Positions 39,251 to 50,639 of a stretch of 64,000 nucleotides of DNA are shown one piece after another. Under the pieces are notes generated by a model. The model was not told where the DNA came from and searched no databases. It was given only the letters and a program-made list of their open reading frames with translations. The position numbers and the translations under genes are program-made. Numbering within the stretch: the first letter of the stretch is position 1; the number at the start of each line of letters is the position of its first letter. Origin of the DNA: Octopus sinensis (lineage: Eukaryota). The stretch is from assembly GCF_006345805.1 (NCBI RefSeq), contig NW_021834156.1, forward strand, positions 4,456-68,455, in the 5' to 3' direction.

Positions 39251-39913
39251 CAATAAGAGGCTACCAAATTGGAAATTGTTTTTTGTGCTCTAGCACAAAC
39301 GTTTTCCTATTTGGAAGCCTCTTATTGTATTTATATATATATCTATATATATTATATAATATATATAGCTATATATATAAATACAATAAGAGGCTACCAA
39401 ATTGAAATGGTTTTTGTGCTCTAGCACAACGTTTTCCTATTTGGAAGACTCTTATTGTATTTATATATATATTATATATATAAATACAATAAGAGGCTAC
39501 AAATTGGAAATGTTTTTTTGCTCTAGCACAACGTATTTCCTATTTGGAAGCCTCTTATGTATTTATATATATATATATATTATATATATATTAAATACAA
39601 TAAGAGGCTACCAAATTGGAAATTGTTTTTTGGCTCTAGCACACAACGTTTTCCTATTTGGAAGCCTCTTATTGTATTATAATAATATAATATATAGATA
39701 TATATATATATATATATATATAGCTAATACAATAAGAGGCTACAAATTGGAAATTGTTTTTGTGCTCTAGCACAAACGTTTTCTATTTGGAAGCCTTATA
39801 TTGTATTTATATATATATATATATATATAAATACAATAAGAGGCTACCAAATTGGAAATTGTTTTTGTGCTCTAGCACAACGTTTTCCTATTTGGAAGCC
39901 TCTTATTGTATTT
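39004..39913. repeat. Tandem array of eight ~87-bp palindromic units separated by variable (TA)n-rich spacers
   Basis: Units at about 39004-39081, 39135-39217, 39246-39332, 39379-39462, 39482-39564, 39593-39678, 39726-39808 and 39829-39913; each AAATACAATAAGAGGCT...AGCCTCTTATTGTATTT. Confidence 0.92.
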
Positions 39914-40009
39914 CTGTATGAATAATATATAGTCTAATGACTAATTCGTTTTTGTGTTAGGCTACTGGTAATAATAATTTATTATTACCCTATTTTATTA
40001 TATATATAT

Positions 40010-40225
40010 ATGACCGCCATGTTGAATCGTTAGCTCCTGCACGCATTTTTTTCTCTCCTTGTTTCTCTCCGTGTTTCTTTTCAGTGTATCTTTCTGTTGA
40101 AGAGCGTAGGCTCGAAACGTAAAAGACTTGTTTTATTTCTATTCCTGAGCGCCATACTAATACAATTGTTTGTTTGCACCCCACCTGCCTTCGTCTTTTG
40201 TTTATTTTCGTAAAGCTTCCCGTTA
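40010..40225 (+). mobile_element. Penelope-like pseudo-LTR fragment (P2) with variant hammerhead at 40089-40126, in (TA)n
   Basis: TCTTT-CTGTTGA-A-GAGC-GTAG-GCTC-GAAA-C-GTA-AAAGA; (TA)n on both sides. Confidence 0.7.
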
Positions 40226-40887
40226 TATATATATATACTTTCAGTATGGTAGATGAGTTCAACAAAACTTTAGATTCAGATGAATATAGTACTTAAGTTG
40301 ACGCACCAGAATTTAGTACGGTATTATCCATACAATTTCAAAGTAAGGTTCCCTGCTGCGCTTGAGTGGGGTCTGACTCATAAGCGACCGTGATTTTAAT
40401 GACCTTACTCTATGTATATACACGGCAATAAGAAAATGGAGGGGATCAAGAGGTGTTATTCATCAATTTTTAGACATTATCATGTCCATATATTTTTAAA
40501 AAATCAATTATAACAATACACATATATGTATAAATATTATCCTTTACATATGTAAAAAATACCAGTAACTATTAAACATTAATATGTTATATATGTATGT
40601 ATATTGTTATAATTGATTTTTAAAAAAAGTAAATAAATAGACATAATATAATGTCTAAAAGTTGAAGAATACCACCTCTTGAGACCCTCCATTTTCGTAC
40701 TGCCGTATAAATTTAGGATAAAACAACGTTTTACCCTCACCCATGTATTATAATCAGTAGAGTAACTGCCGTGCAATAAAAAAGCATTTGTGTATTCATA
40801 ATTGGTTATTCTACCACATTGTATTGGATAGATATTATCCCCTAGATGATTGAATTCCAAACTCTAACTCCCTTGGAATTATATTTA

Positions 40888-40928
<41 letters not shown>

Positions 40929-40937
40929 TATATTAAT

Positions 40938-41172
40938 ATGCGACCGCGAGTGTGTATCGTTGGCGATTTTCTTTCTCCGTTTTCCTTCCTTGAACCTTTC
41001 CTCTTCTATGTTTCTGACGAACGAATAGCTCCGATCGAAACGTTAAATCCTCCTTTGTGTGGAAGAGCGTAGGCTCGAAACGTTAAAATTCTTTCCGAGC
41101 GTTAAACTAATACATATGTCTGTTTGTTACACCCACCTGTCTTCGTCTTTTGTTTTTTTATGAATTCTCCCT
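40938..41172 (+). mobile_element. Chimeric P1/P2 pseudo-LTR fragment with two hammerhead-like cores
   Basis: P1 5' part with CTGACGA...GAAACGTT (41014-41044) fused to a P2 3' part with a degenerate core and GAGC-GTAG-GCTC-GAAACGTT (41057-41084). Confidence 0.65.
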
Positions 41173-41176
41173 ATAC

Positions 41177-41221
<45 letters not shown>

Positions 41222-42384
41222 ATATATAACCTACATACATGCATGCATAGATACACACACGTACACACACACATACATATATATATAAAGGAAACCCCAT
41301 TGTAGCCTATTTATTTATTTGTTTCCTCAGATGATAATGAAATACCGAGAACACACTTTCAGTTAGACACTGTTATCTTTATCAGAGAGAGAAATGTGCC
41401 ATTTGCAAAGCACTAAGCATATTCAAAAATGAAACACGGACGCAGACTCGGTGACATTATCAGCTGCCAGAGCTGCAAATATTTCTCATTATCCATTCAT
41501 GTCTCACAATACAGAATATCCTAGAAAACTATTACGTTTGACGTTTTATTGAGAAGCAGAGGATTTATGAACAGCAACATTTGACGCCGCTGCCAGCGCT
41601 GATGTTGTTTGTCTATCGACATCGTCGTCGTCGTCGCCGTCGACATCATCGTCATCATCATCATCATCATCATCATACTCCTCCCCCTCATCATCATATA
41701 TGAAATCTAGGAAAAAGAGGTGTGCTCATAAAGAAATGCACGAAGTTTACCAAACCAAATTTTGCGAAATGCATGAATACACGTTAGCACACACACACAC
41801 ACACACACACCCATACACACACGCACACAATCACACACACACGCACACAATCACATTCACACACACACGCACACGCGCGCGCACACCATGTGTATTGTGA
41901 AATATATCGTTGTTATTATGCTAAACTGCTGTATGTCCAAATTTGGTCATATGCGTTTTTTCTTTGCTTTTTCAGTATTCTCTTTTTCCTTGCAATAGCC
42001 AGTTCTTTTAGTCAAACTGATTGTATCTCCAGCTGCTTCAGTTGTTGAGGTATCAAAATTTGTCAAAGTGTAGCACAACGGTTTTTGCTAAGGAATGCTA
42101 AAACTAAATTTTCGTTTTCTGAAAAAGCAACGTTTTGGACTTACGACACTTTTGTATAACAGCAACGTTATCTTTGTGTGTGTGTGTATGTGTGTTGCGT
42201 GTGTATTTGTGTGTGTGTCATCTCCCAGATTCACATAATCATTAAATCTGTCCTTCAATTTTTCTAAAGCCTGTGAAAGAACAGGAGAGTTTGGGCGTCC
42301 AGCCAGGCCTTTTACAATACCTTTATTAATATGTGTGTGTGTATGTATATGCGTGTGTGTATGCATGTGTGTATGCGTGCGTGT

Positions 42385-42575
42385 GTGTGTTTGTCCTTGA
42401 CAACCGGTGCTGGTGTTTTTATATCCTCCTACCATAACATTTCGGCAAAAGAGATCGATAGAATATGTACCAGGCTTTAAAATGTACTAGGTTCTATTCA
42501 TTGGAGAAAAAGTCCTTGAAGGTTGTGCCCCAGCATGGCCTCAGGCCTAATGACTGAAACAAGCGAAACATTAAA
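42385..42575 (+). mobile_element. SINE family B, 3' half (diverged)
   Basis: TTGACAACCGGTGCTGGTG...TTCGGCAAAAGAGATCGATAGAAT...CCAGCATGGCC...AATGACTGAAACAAG. Confidence 0.75.
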
Positions 42576-42639
42576 GAACAAAGACATACATATACGTACA
42601 TATGGTTTCCCTTCATGGCAGAATTAACAGACAAGACTA

Positions 42640-43048
42640 TTTAAGCCTTTTATCTTAACAAATTCATCCTATGGTTGCGGAACTGTTTTCAGAGGGAAAC
42701 GCTATCTTTCAGGATGATAATGCACCAATTCACACAACTAAATTTGTTACTGAACAGCATGAGGAACATTCTAGTGAAGTTGAACATCTTATCTGACCAC
42801 CACAGTCCCCAGATCTCAATATTATTGAACATTTATGGTGCATCTTAGAAAAACAATTAAGGAGTCGATATCTTCCACCATCATCACTGAAGAATGGACA
42901 TAAATTCCTTTAGAAGCATTTTAAACTTTGTTCGAGTCCATATCTCGTAGAATTCAAGCTGTAATTCCTACCAAAGGCGATCCTATCTCATATTAAAATA
43001 AATTTGCTTGAAATCTTAAGGTGTTTCCATTATTTTGACCAACCCCTG
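42640..43048 (+). mobile_element. 3' half of a Tc1-type transposon with DD36E spacing and right TIR
   Basis: FQDDNAPIHTTKFVTEQHEEHSSEVEHLI*PPQSPDLNIIEHLW; TIR GGTGTTTCCATTATTTTGACCAACCCCTG at 43020-43048. Confidence 0.85.
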
Positions 43049-43599
43049 TGTATAATATATATATAACACACACATACATAATATATGTGTGTGCGTGCAC
43101 CTGTATAATATATATATATAACACACACATACATAATATATGTGTGTTCACGTGTATGCTGTACTTGATACATTTACGTTGTCGTCTGACCACCATGAAT
43201 ATTAAAGAGATCTAATGACAGTTACACAGTAACGATTTGACAATACACGGATTGGTTGATGTTCCTTACATAAGTAATATGTAATCCCTGTTAAAGAGAC
43301 ACGCTTTACTTGACGAAACGAAATATCACATAACGGTGATGTTTGGTTTTAGAACATTTATAGAATATACATACGACTGTGTGGTGTGTTTGTGTTTGTG
43401 TGGCGGTGTATTGATAAGAAAATGTCAGAGTTTGTTGAAATATTATTTATTAAGCGCTTTCATATCCGTTACAATTTTGGCATAAATCTGTGCACCACTA
43501 CAAACGATCCATACTGTTTTTAAACACAATACAAAATGAGAGGAAATTCCCAAGACAACGTACCTCAGATTCGTATCGACGCGCATGTATTCGTTTATT

Positions 43600-44240
43600 G
43601 CTTTAATTGTTTCAGCAATTTGACTGCGGCTATGCTGTAGCACACACCTTGGAGGATTTTCCTCAGACAAATCAATTCCAGGACTTTTATTTTTTAAGGC
43701 CTAGCTCTTATTCAAACGGGTTTTTTTTTGCCGATTTGCTAAGTTACGGGGATATAAACACACCAAAACCAGTTGCCAAGCGGTGATGCGAGGCCAAACA
43801 CAGACACAACGACACACACATAAATATGTATATATGTATGTGTATATACAGATATATATATATATAATAATAAATATTAGGGAATAAATCCAAATTTACG
43901 GGGAAAAATCAGATTTAGGATTAAATCCAATTTTATAGTAAAATATTATATAATATTAATTAGAGACAAAACCACTATTTTGTAAAACAAACAAGGAAAG
44001 AACTTAATCAATACATAAAATTTTAATAAAAAGTAAAAAAAACCGCCACTACAATGTTTCATGTCCTCAATGACAATCTTCAGTGGATTTCCGATTTTCA
44101 AATCAGTTTCAATAAATTGTCATTGAGGACATGAAACAATTGTAGTGGCGGTTTTTTTACTTTTTATTAAAATTTTATGTATTGATTAAGTCTTTCCTTG
44201 TTTGTTTTACAAAATAGTGGTTTTGTCTCTAATTAATATT

Positions 44241-44304
<64 letters not shown>

Positions 44305-44480
44305 ATATATGTATATGTATATATATATATGACGGGCTTCTTTCAGTTTCCGTCTACTAAATCAACTCATAAGGCATTAATCGGCCCACGGCTATACTAA
44401 ATGACACTTGCACAAAGCACCACGCTGTGGGACTGAACCCAGAACAATGTGGCTAGAAAGATAGCATCTTACCACGTGTA
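43600..44480 (-). mobile_element. SINE family B carrying a nested insertion in its internal (TA)n
   Basis: 3' half at about 43600-43830 and 5' half at about 44330-44480, separated by (TA)n plus the 43876-44245 insert. Confidence 0.78.
43876..44245. mobile_element. Fold-back insert with ~130-bp inverted arms and a hammerhead-like motif; Penelope-like inverted pseudo-LTR
   Basis: Arms 43947-44077 and 44116-44245 differ by three 1-bp indels; 38-bp spacer. Minus strand 44046-44086 reads CCA-CTGAAGA-T-TGTC attgag GACA-T-GAAAC-ATT-GTA-GTGG. Confidence 0.7.
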
Positions 44481-44528
44481 CGTCATGGTAAATTATTTGA
44501 TTATATTTTTATACGTATACGTATATGC

Positions 44529-44559
<31 letters not shown>

Positions 44560-44990
44560 CATACGCACACGCAGACACTGACACACGTACATACCCAGAG
44601 TCGATTCTTGGCGGAGCAAGAGCAGACACATCAAGGAAAGGGTTGCTGAAGAGGTCACAAATGTATTAAGTCCATTGCCTGGAAAGTTTTCCAGACAATG
44701 GACTTAAGATAAAATGAGAACAATAATAAACGCATGAAGAACGATACACAGTGCGTTTGTTTATTTGACAAACAAAAAAATACCATCCCGTAATATAACA
44801 ATATACACTCACCCACATATATACATACATACATGCCCACCCCATATATATATATACAATATATATATATAGTATATATATATAATATATATATTATATA
44901 TATATATATATATATATGATATTATATATATATATATATATATTAACTATATATATTAATAAATATATATATATATATATATATACATGA

Positions 44991-45160
44991 GGAGGCGCAA
45001 TTGCCTAGTGGTTAGGGCAGCAGACGCGCGGTCGTAGGATCACGGTTTCGATTCCCAGACCGGGCGTTGTGAGTGTTTATTGAGCAAAAACACCTAATGC
45101 TCCACGAGTGGTGATCCCTGCTGTACTCTTTCACCACAACTTTCTTTCACTCTTTCTTCA
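44991..45160 (+). mobile_element. SINE family C, head and body only
   Basis: GGAGGCGCAATTGCCTAGTGGTTAGGGCAGCAGACGCGCGGTCG...CACAACTTTCTTTCACTCTTTCTTC; no recognisable tail. Confidence 0.82.
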
Positions 45161-45936
45161 GTTGTACTAGAAAGCGGTTGCGTGTATATATAGTCTGTAG
45201 GAGAGGCACTATAAACGTCGGGTTCTTCTTCTTCTTCATAATGTCCATTTTCGACGAAGTTAGTAATACTGACACTCTTTCTTAGGGCCTCAGGATTTAG
45301 TGGAAAGAAAAGGGAAAGCTAGACTACCCTCACTTAGGGAACACCACTTGAATACTTGCAGCAGAATTGGCTTCCTTGTATTTACCCGACAAAATTACTT
45401 ATTCTTTTATTTTGTGTTAAATATGAGGAACAAATTATTTAAATATATTTTACTCAATTAAAATTATTAATAATTTCAGTTATTAATTCGAAAAGGACAA
45501 ATTTGTTAATTATTCTAATTAAAAACAAACAATTAGGAAAAACAAAACATATTATTAATTAGCCAAGTTAATTAACATAGGGCTTTTCTGATTAACATAA
45601 TTATTAACATAACTATTAACATAATATTCCTGACGGCTCAGGGAAATCCATATATTAGATTAATTTACCATGGGTACGCAAATGCTGATCTACTACATCG
45701 AGCCTACATAAACCAACTTTGCAAGGGTTCACCCGTGAAGAACTATCACGTGCAATGACGGACTGAACACACTGCAAAGAACGAGTTACGGCAATCCGTG
45801 TCATAAATACGAACCGATGATTATGATGATCATAAGATTAATTCATATGAATTTGATACGTTATAGAAGATAGTTATATACATAGACATTTAATTATGTT
45901 CCTCCTAATGCAACAACTGCGGAACACAAAGAATGA

Positions 45937-46545
45937 ACTCTTTTACTCTTTTACTTGTTTCAGTCATTTGACTGTTGCCATGCTGGAGCACCGCCTTTAG
46001 TCGAGCAAATCGACCCCAGGACTTATTCTTTGTAAGCCTAGTACTTATTCCATCGGTCTCTTTTGCCGAACCGCTAAGTTACGGGGACGTAAACGTACCA
46101 GCATCGGTTGTCAAGCGATGTTGGGTGGGGGGGACAGACACAATCACACAAACATATACACACACGTACACATATATATATTATATAGAAGGCATTAATG
46201 CCCTCTATATAATATAAATAAATATGTTTAAGAGAAAAATTGGTGGATTTTTCTCTTATGAGGTTTTTCACGCTAACTACCTGATGAATTCTGATAAACA
46301 TTTAATTCTATTTTTAAATTGTATATATTATATATATATATATATATACGACAGGCTTCTTTCAGTTTCCGTTTACCAAATCCACTTACAAGGCTTTAGT
46401 CGGCCCGAGGCTATAGAAGAAAACACTTGCTCAAGGTGCCACGCAGTAGGACTGAACCCAGAACCATGTGCTTTCTAAGCAATCTACTTACCACACAGTC
46501 ACTCCTACGGCTGTTACTACTTACCACACAGCCACTCCTACGCCT
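45937..46545 (-). mobile_element. SINE family B with a ~140-bp insert in the internal (TA)n and a duplicated head end
   Basis: 3' half 45937-46170, insert about 46188-46325, 5' half 46345-46545; CTACTTACCACACAG(T/C)CACTCCTACG is duplicated at the head. Confidence 0.8.
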
Positions 46546-46887
46546 ATGTAAAATTTATACCTTTCTGCTTATAGTTCAAATATAATGTTCTTGAACATAC
46601 ATTTGACAGATAATATACAGACATGCAACTCGGTCTCACTTAGATATACTGCAATATAATAACAAGATATACTGCAATATAATAAGATATACTGCAATAT
46701 AATAACAATTCTTGTTAGATTGACAGTATACAACCATTCTATCGCCCCACCACCGTACATGTCTCTACGAGAGATTTAGAAATTCAATATTTCTTATTTT
46801 GATAATCAGTGAATAGACTTCACTGAGTATAGATATATACAATTACGAAGTCGAGACAAATATCACCGGTTGACCGGTGTCTGCTAC

Positions 46888-46932
46888 TCTAGGCCGATGA
46901 AGGACAACGATCCTGAAACACGTGTCCCTAGA
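46888..46932 (+). ncRNA. Minimal type I hammerhead ribozyme motif with one core substitution (U4C)
   Basis: TCTAGG-CCGATGA-AGGA caacga TCCT-GAAA-C-ACGT-GTC-CCTAGA: 6-bp stem I, 4-bp stem II, palindromic ACACGTGT stem III and GUC triplet. Confidence 0.7.
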
Positions 46933-47228
46933 TGCAGTTTCGGCAGCCGGGGGTGTTTGTCTCCCCTTCGTATATGTATATATGGACATAGGGGAAAATG
47001 TGTCAAAGCCATCAGGAGGCGTTCGATGCTTCCTAGGGCTATACAGCGGTGGTGTACCCCCTACTGTCACGTTCTTGTTAGATTGACAGTATACAACCAA
47101 TATAATAACGTGTTGACGTTTAATATCGCATTAATTAAGCTCTTATTTAATACGGATAAATTTTATGATGTTTATACATTTATTTCATTTTCTTTATGAA
47201 TATGATACGCATTTGTGAAATTGACATA

Positions 47229-47740
47229 CCGTAAATCCTCGAGTATAGTCCGCCCTTGAGTATAATACGCAGGAGATTTTTAGGGAGCTGTACATCTGAA
47301 AAACCTAAACCTTGTGTATAATACGCACCACTTCTCTAACTTGAGTTAAGGAGGTCAATATAACGTCCTTGGTTTCTAAAAAATGTATACGGTAACGTCC
47401 TTTATTATTATTGTACATATAACATAATGCAAACGTGTAGCATTTTTGTGTATTTTGTTTACCGAAAATAAAGAAATAACAGTAATAACATTTAATAAAG
47501 TTTGCTTACTGCAAGTAATGGATGATTCTTTTATGACTTCATTGCTTTTAGGCTTGGCTTAAGGTATTTTCGCGCCCGACGTCACAAAATGCGTCTGAAT
47601 AAATATTGCCGGACAGCAAATAGAGACTCGGACATTGCTTAGAAAATAATTTTCATTTTTAATCTCGTATATAGTACGCGCTAGGGATTTTGACCTTTAT
47701 ATTTTGGGAAAAAATGCGGATTATACTCGAGGATTTACGG
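47229..47740. mobile_element. 512-bp MITE with 19-bp perfect TIRs and TA TSD (Tc1/mariner superfamily, probably Tc2/pogo-like)
   Basis: TA|CCGTAAATCCTCGAGTATA (47229-47247) ... TATACTCGAGGATTTACGG|TA (47722-47740). Confidence 0.9.
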
Positions 47741-47869
47741 TATATAAACTTTGTTCTTTTCTATAAAAGTTTCATAAAGCCATTACAACCATGATCGAGC
47801 AGCTTCCAGAATGCAATTAATCAGTTTACAAGCTTAGCGGAGGCTCATATCTTCAACTGTTTTTTGTTA

Positions 47870-48045
47870 TACAGCACAAGACCTTGCCTGATTCAGGTAC
47901 GCTATGATCAAACATTTTGTTACAAGTACAACTGTATTCAGTGCGTACATATGGCTTTGTTATGATATGTTATCCAAGAAAATCTTTAACTTTCGGAGAG
48001 ATTTAGTTGCTATTTCTAGCAGGTTGAGCGACCTCATATAAGCTC
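47870..48045 (-). repeat. Old interspersed repeat fragment (family H); related motif at about 37670, 52000 and 54905
   Basis: Shared motif TTGCTATTTCTAGCAGGT(T/C)GA, or its reverse complement CTAGAAATAG(C/T)A, seen four times. Confidence 0.5.
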
Positions 48046-48469
48046 AGTTCTTGCCTTATATATTTTAAATTTCACCATGATAAAAATATATATACATAAG
48101 GGCCTCCTAACGACAACCTAAACTTCATTTAATCAAGTTAGCCTTCGCCTGAAGAGCAGACTGCGGTATACACCTCGCTTGGATATTCACCACTTCCGAG
48201 GTTCCGCTCGTTATAAAACATATGCAGCCCGGATTTTATCTACTCTGTTTCTTAACTCTTGGATTTTTATTCCCATAACCGGCAACTCTGGTTGCCAAAC
48301 GTGAAATATGAAATATATTTTAAAGCTTATCGTACCTCGATACGAGAAAAATCCACAACCTTCCTCCCAAATGAATCAGTATTGTTCTTGAAAGTTTTTA
48401 AAAATTTTCTACGAATTGCTTGAAGCTCACTTTCTATCTCAATCCTTGGATCTATCTATCCATATATTT

Positions 48470-48775
<306 letters not shown>

Positions 48776-49567
48776 GAATATGTTTATTTATAATTAGGAA
48801 CATAAAAGGTTAGCGTAATGCATGGCGTACTGCCCTGCCAGATTTTGCGCCAAGAACATCAATCGTAAATAGGAATCAATAATAGTAAATACAGGAGATT
48901 AGCTAGTACTGATGGCAGTGACGGCGGCAGCGGCGGTGATGATGGTGACGGTGGTGTTGATTTATGGTGATGGTGAGGATAATTGTGGTGGTGATTGTGA
49001 TTGGGCTGGTGGTGGTGATGGCAGTGGTGTTGGATGTTGTTTGTGGTGGTAGGTGATTTAAATGGATACAATGATTAATGTGAGAGAATGTTATAAATAA
49101 CGATTTAAAAATAGATACAAGCAGATCGATAGATTGGCAACATTGATTGAGTCGTTGACAAACATTTTCGTTTAGATTCTGGGTTGAAATTTGATCGAGT
49201 GCAGCTTAAACTCCTTGGGCCGATGATAAATTAAAATAGTAGTGAAGAATAAAAGGGTGAAATTTAAGGTATTTCCCTGTCCTCAGTACTGAGTGTCTTT
49301 TGTCTTTGGTAGAAAGCATTCGAAAATTTAGAGAATCCAGTGACATCTGTTGACAGATTCTGACGTCTGCAGGATTTAACTTTTCTTGTTTCACGTCCGC
49401 AGAGTTCGGTTTTTCTTGTTTTCGAGTCTATCACCTAAATGCTTGTAATACCATAATTTTGAATTTGATCCACTGTAAATTGCTCCCATGTGCACAAACT
49501 TAATGTTCTAGGTTCTTCTAGGTTCTTGTAAAAGATGGCGAGCTGGCAGAACTGTTATCACGCTAGG

Positions 49568-49954
49568 GAGGTGCAATGGCCCAGTGGTTAGGGCAGCGGA
49601 CTCGCGGTCATAGGATCACGGTTTCGATTCCCAGACCGGGCGTTGTGAGTGTTTATTGAGCGAATACACCTAAAAGCTCCACGAGGCTCCGGCAGGGGAT
49701 GGTGGTGATCCCTGATGTACTCTTTCACCACAACTTTCTCTCACTCTTACTTCCTGTTTCTGTTGTACCTGTATTTCAAAGGACCAGCCTTGTCACTCTC
49801 TGTGTCACGCTGAATATCCCCGAGAACTACGTTAAGGGTGCACGTGTCTGTGGAGTGCTCAGCCACTTACACGTTAATTTCACGAGCAGGCTGTTCCGTT
49901 GATTCGGATCAACCGGAACCCTCATCGTCGTAACCGACGGAGTGCTTCCATCCA
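49568..49954 (+). mobile_element. SINE family C (tail type 3) inserted into an old SINE A, 12-bp TSD
   Basis: TSD TATCACGCTAGG at 49556-49567 and 49955-49966. Host SINE A runs from GGCGAGCTGGCAGAA (about 49537) and resumes through GTTCTGAGTTCAAATC. Tail ends CATCGTCGTAACCGACGGAGTGCTTCCATCCA. Confidence 0.9.
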
Positions 49955-50603
49955 TATCACGCTAGGCAAAACGCTCATCGTCTTTACGTTCTGAGTTCAA
50001 ATCCCCAACGCACTAGATTTTTGTCTTTCATTATTCCTACATCGGTAAAATAAGTTTCAGCTGAACACTGAGGCGAAGGAACTTAAATCCTCGCCTGAAA
50101 TTATTCCGCTTCTGCGAAATTTTAAAACCAATATTCAGATTCTTGTACATGTGTGAGGTATCTTTTTGATTATTTGGTAAGGCGATTGGGTTTTTTGGAT
50201 TGGCAAAATTGTTAGAATGCTCATTTATTCTGGCTCCTTGTGAACCGAGATCAAATCTCGGCGAAACCGAATTTGCTTTATTTTTTTTCCTCTCCTGATA
50301 GATAAACTAAGATACCATTCAAATATTATGGTCAGCTTCACTTTTAATATTTTCGCGGTCGAAAAACTGAAGTAGGGTCGACGGTATCAACTGACCCCTT
50401 TCCATAAATTAGAAATATTTTTTCCAGCCGAGTTTAACTTGGTTATTCATACTTTCGAGAGCACTACAATATAAGTACCAGCATGTATGTGTAGGTGTAT
50501 GTATGTATGTATGTATGTATGTATGTATGTATGTATGTATGTATGTATGTATATGTATGTATGCATGCATGTATGTATTTATCTATCTATCTATTTGTCT
50601 AAC

Positions 50604-50638
<35 letters not shown>

Positions 50639-50639
50639 T

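Noticed and set aside
39004-39913. CRISPR array
   Set aside because: Eukaryotic context, repeats too long (87 bp), spacers are TA microsatellite, and there are no cas genes.
40245-40342. Candidate exon CTTTCAG|...|GTAAGG encoding MVDEFNKTLDSDEYST*
   Set aside because: Stops in all frames before the donor, and such motifs are expected by chance in AT-rich DNA.
41331-41410. Strong-looking splice acceptor TTTGTTTCCTCAG
   Set aside because: No good donor before in-frame stops and no homology recognised.
43050-43160. ~50-bp tandem duplication beside the Tc1 TIR
   Set aside because: Low-complexity TA/CA sequence, consistent with ordinary slippage.
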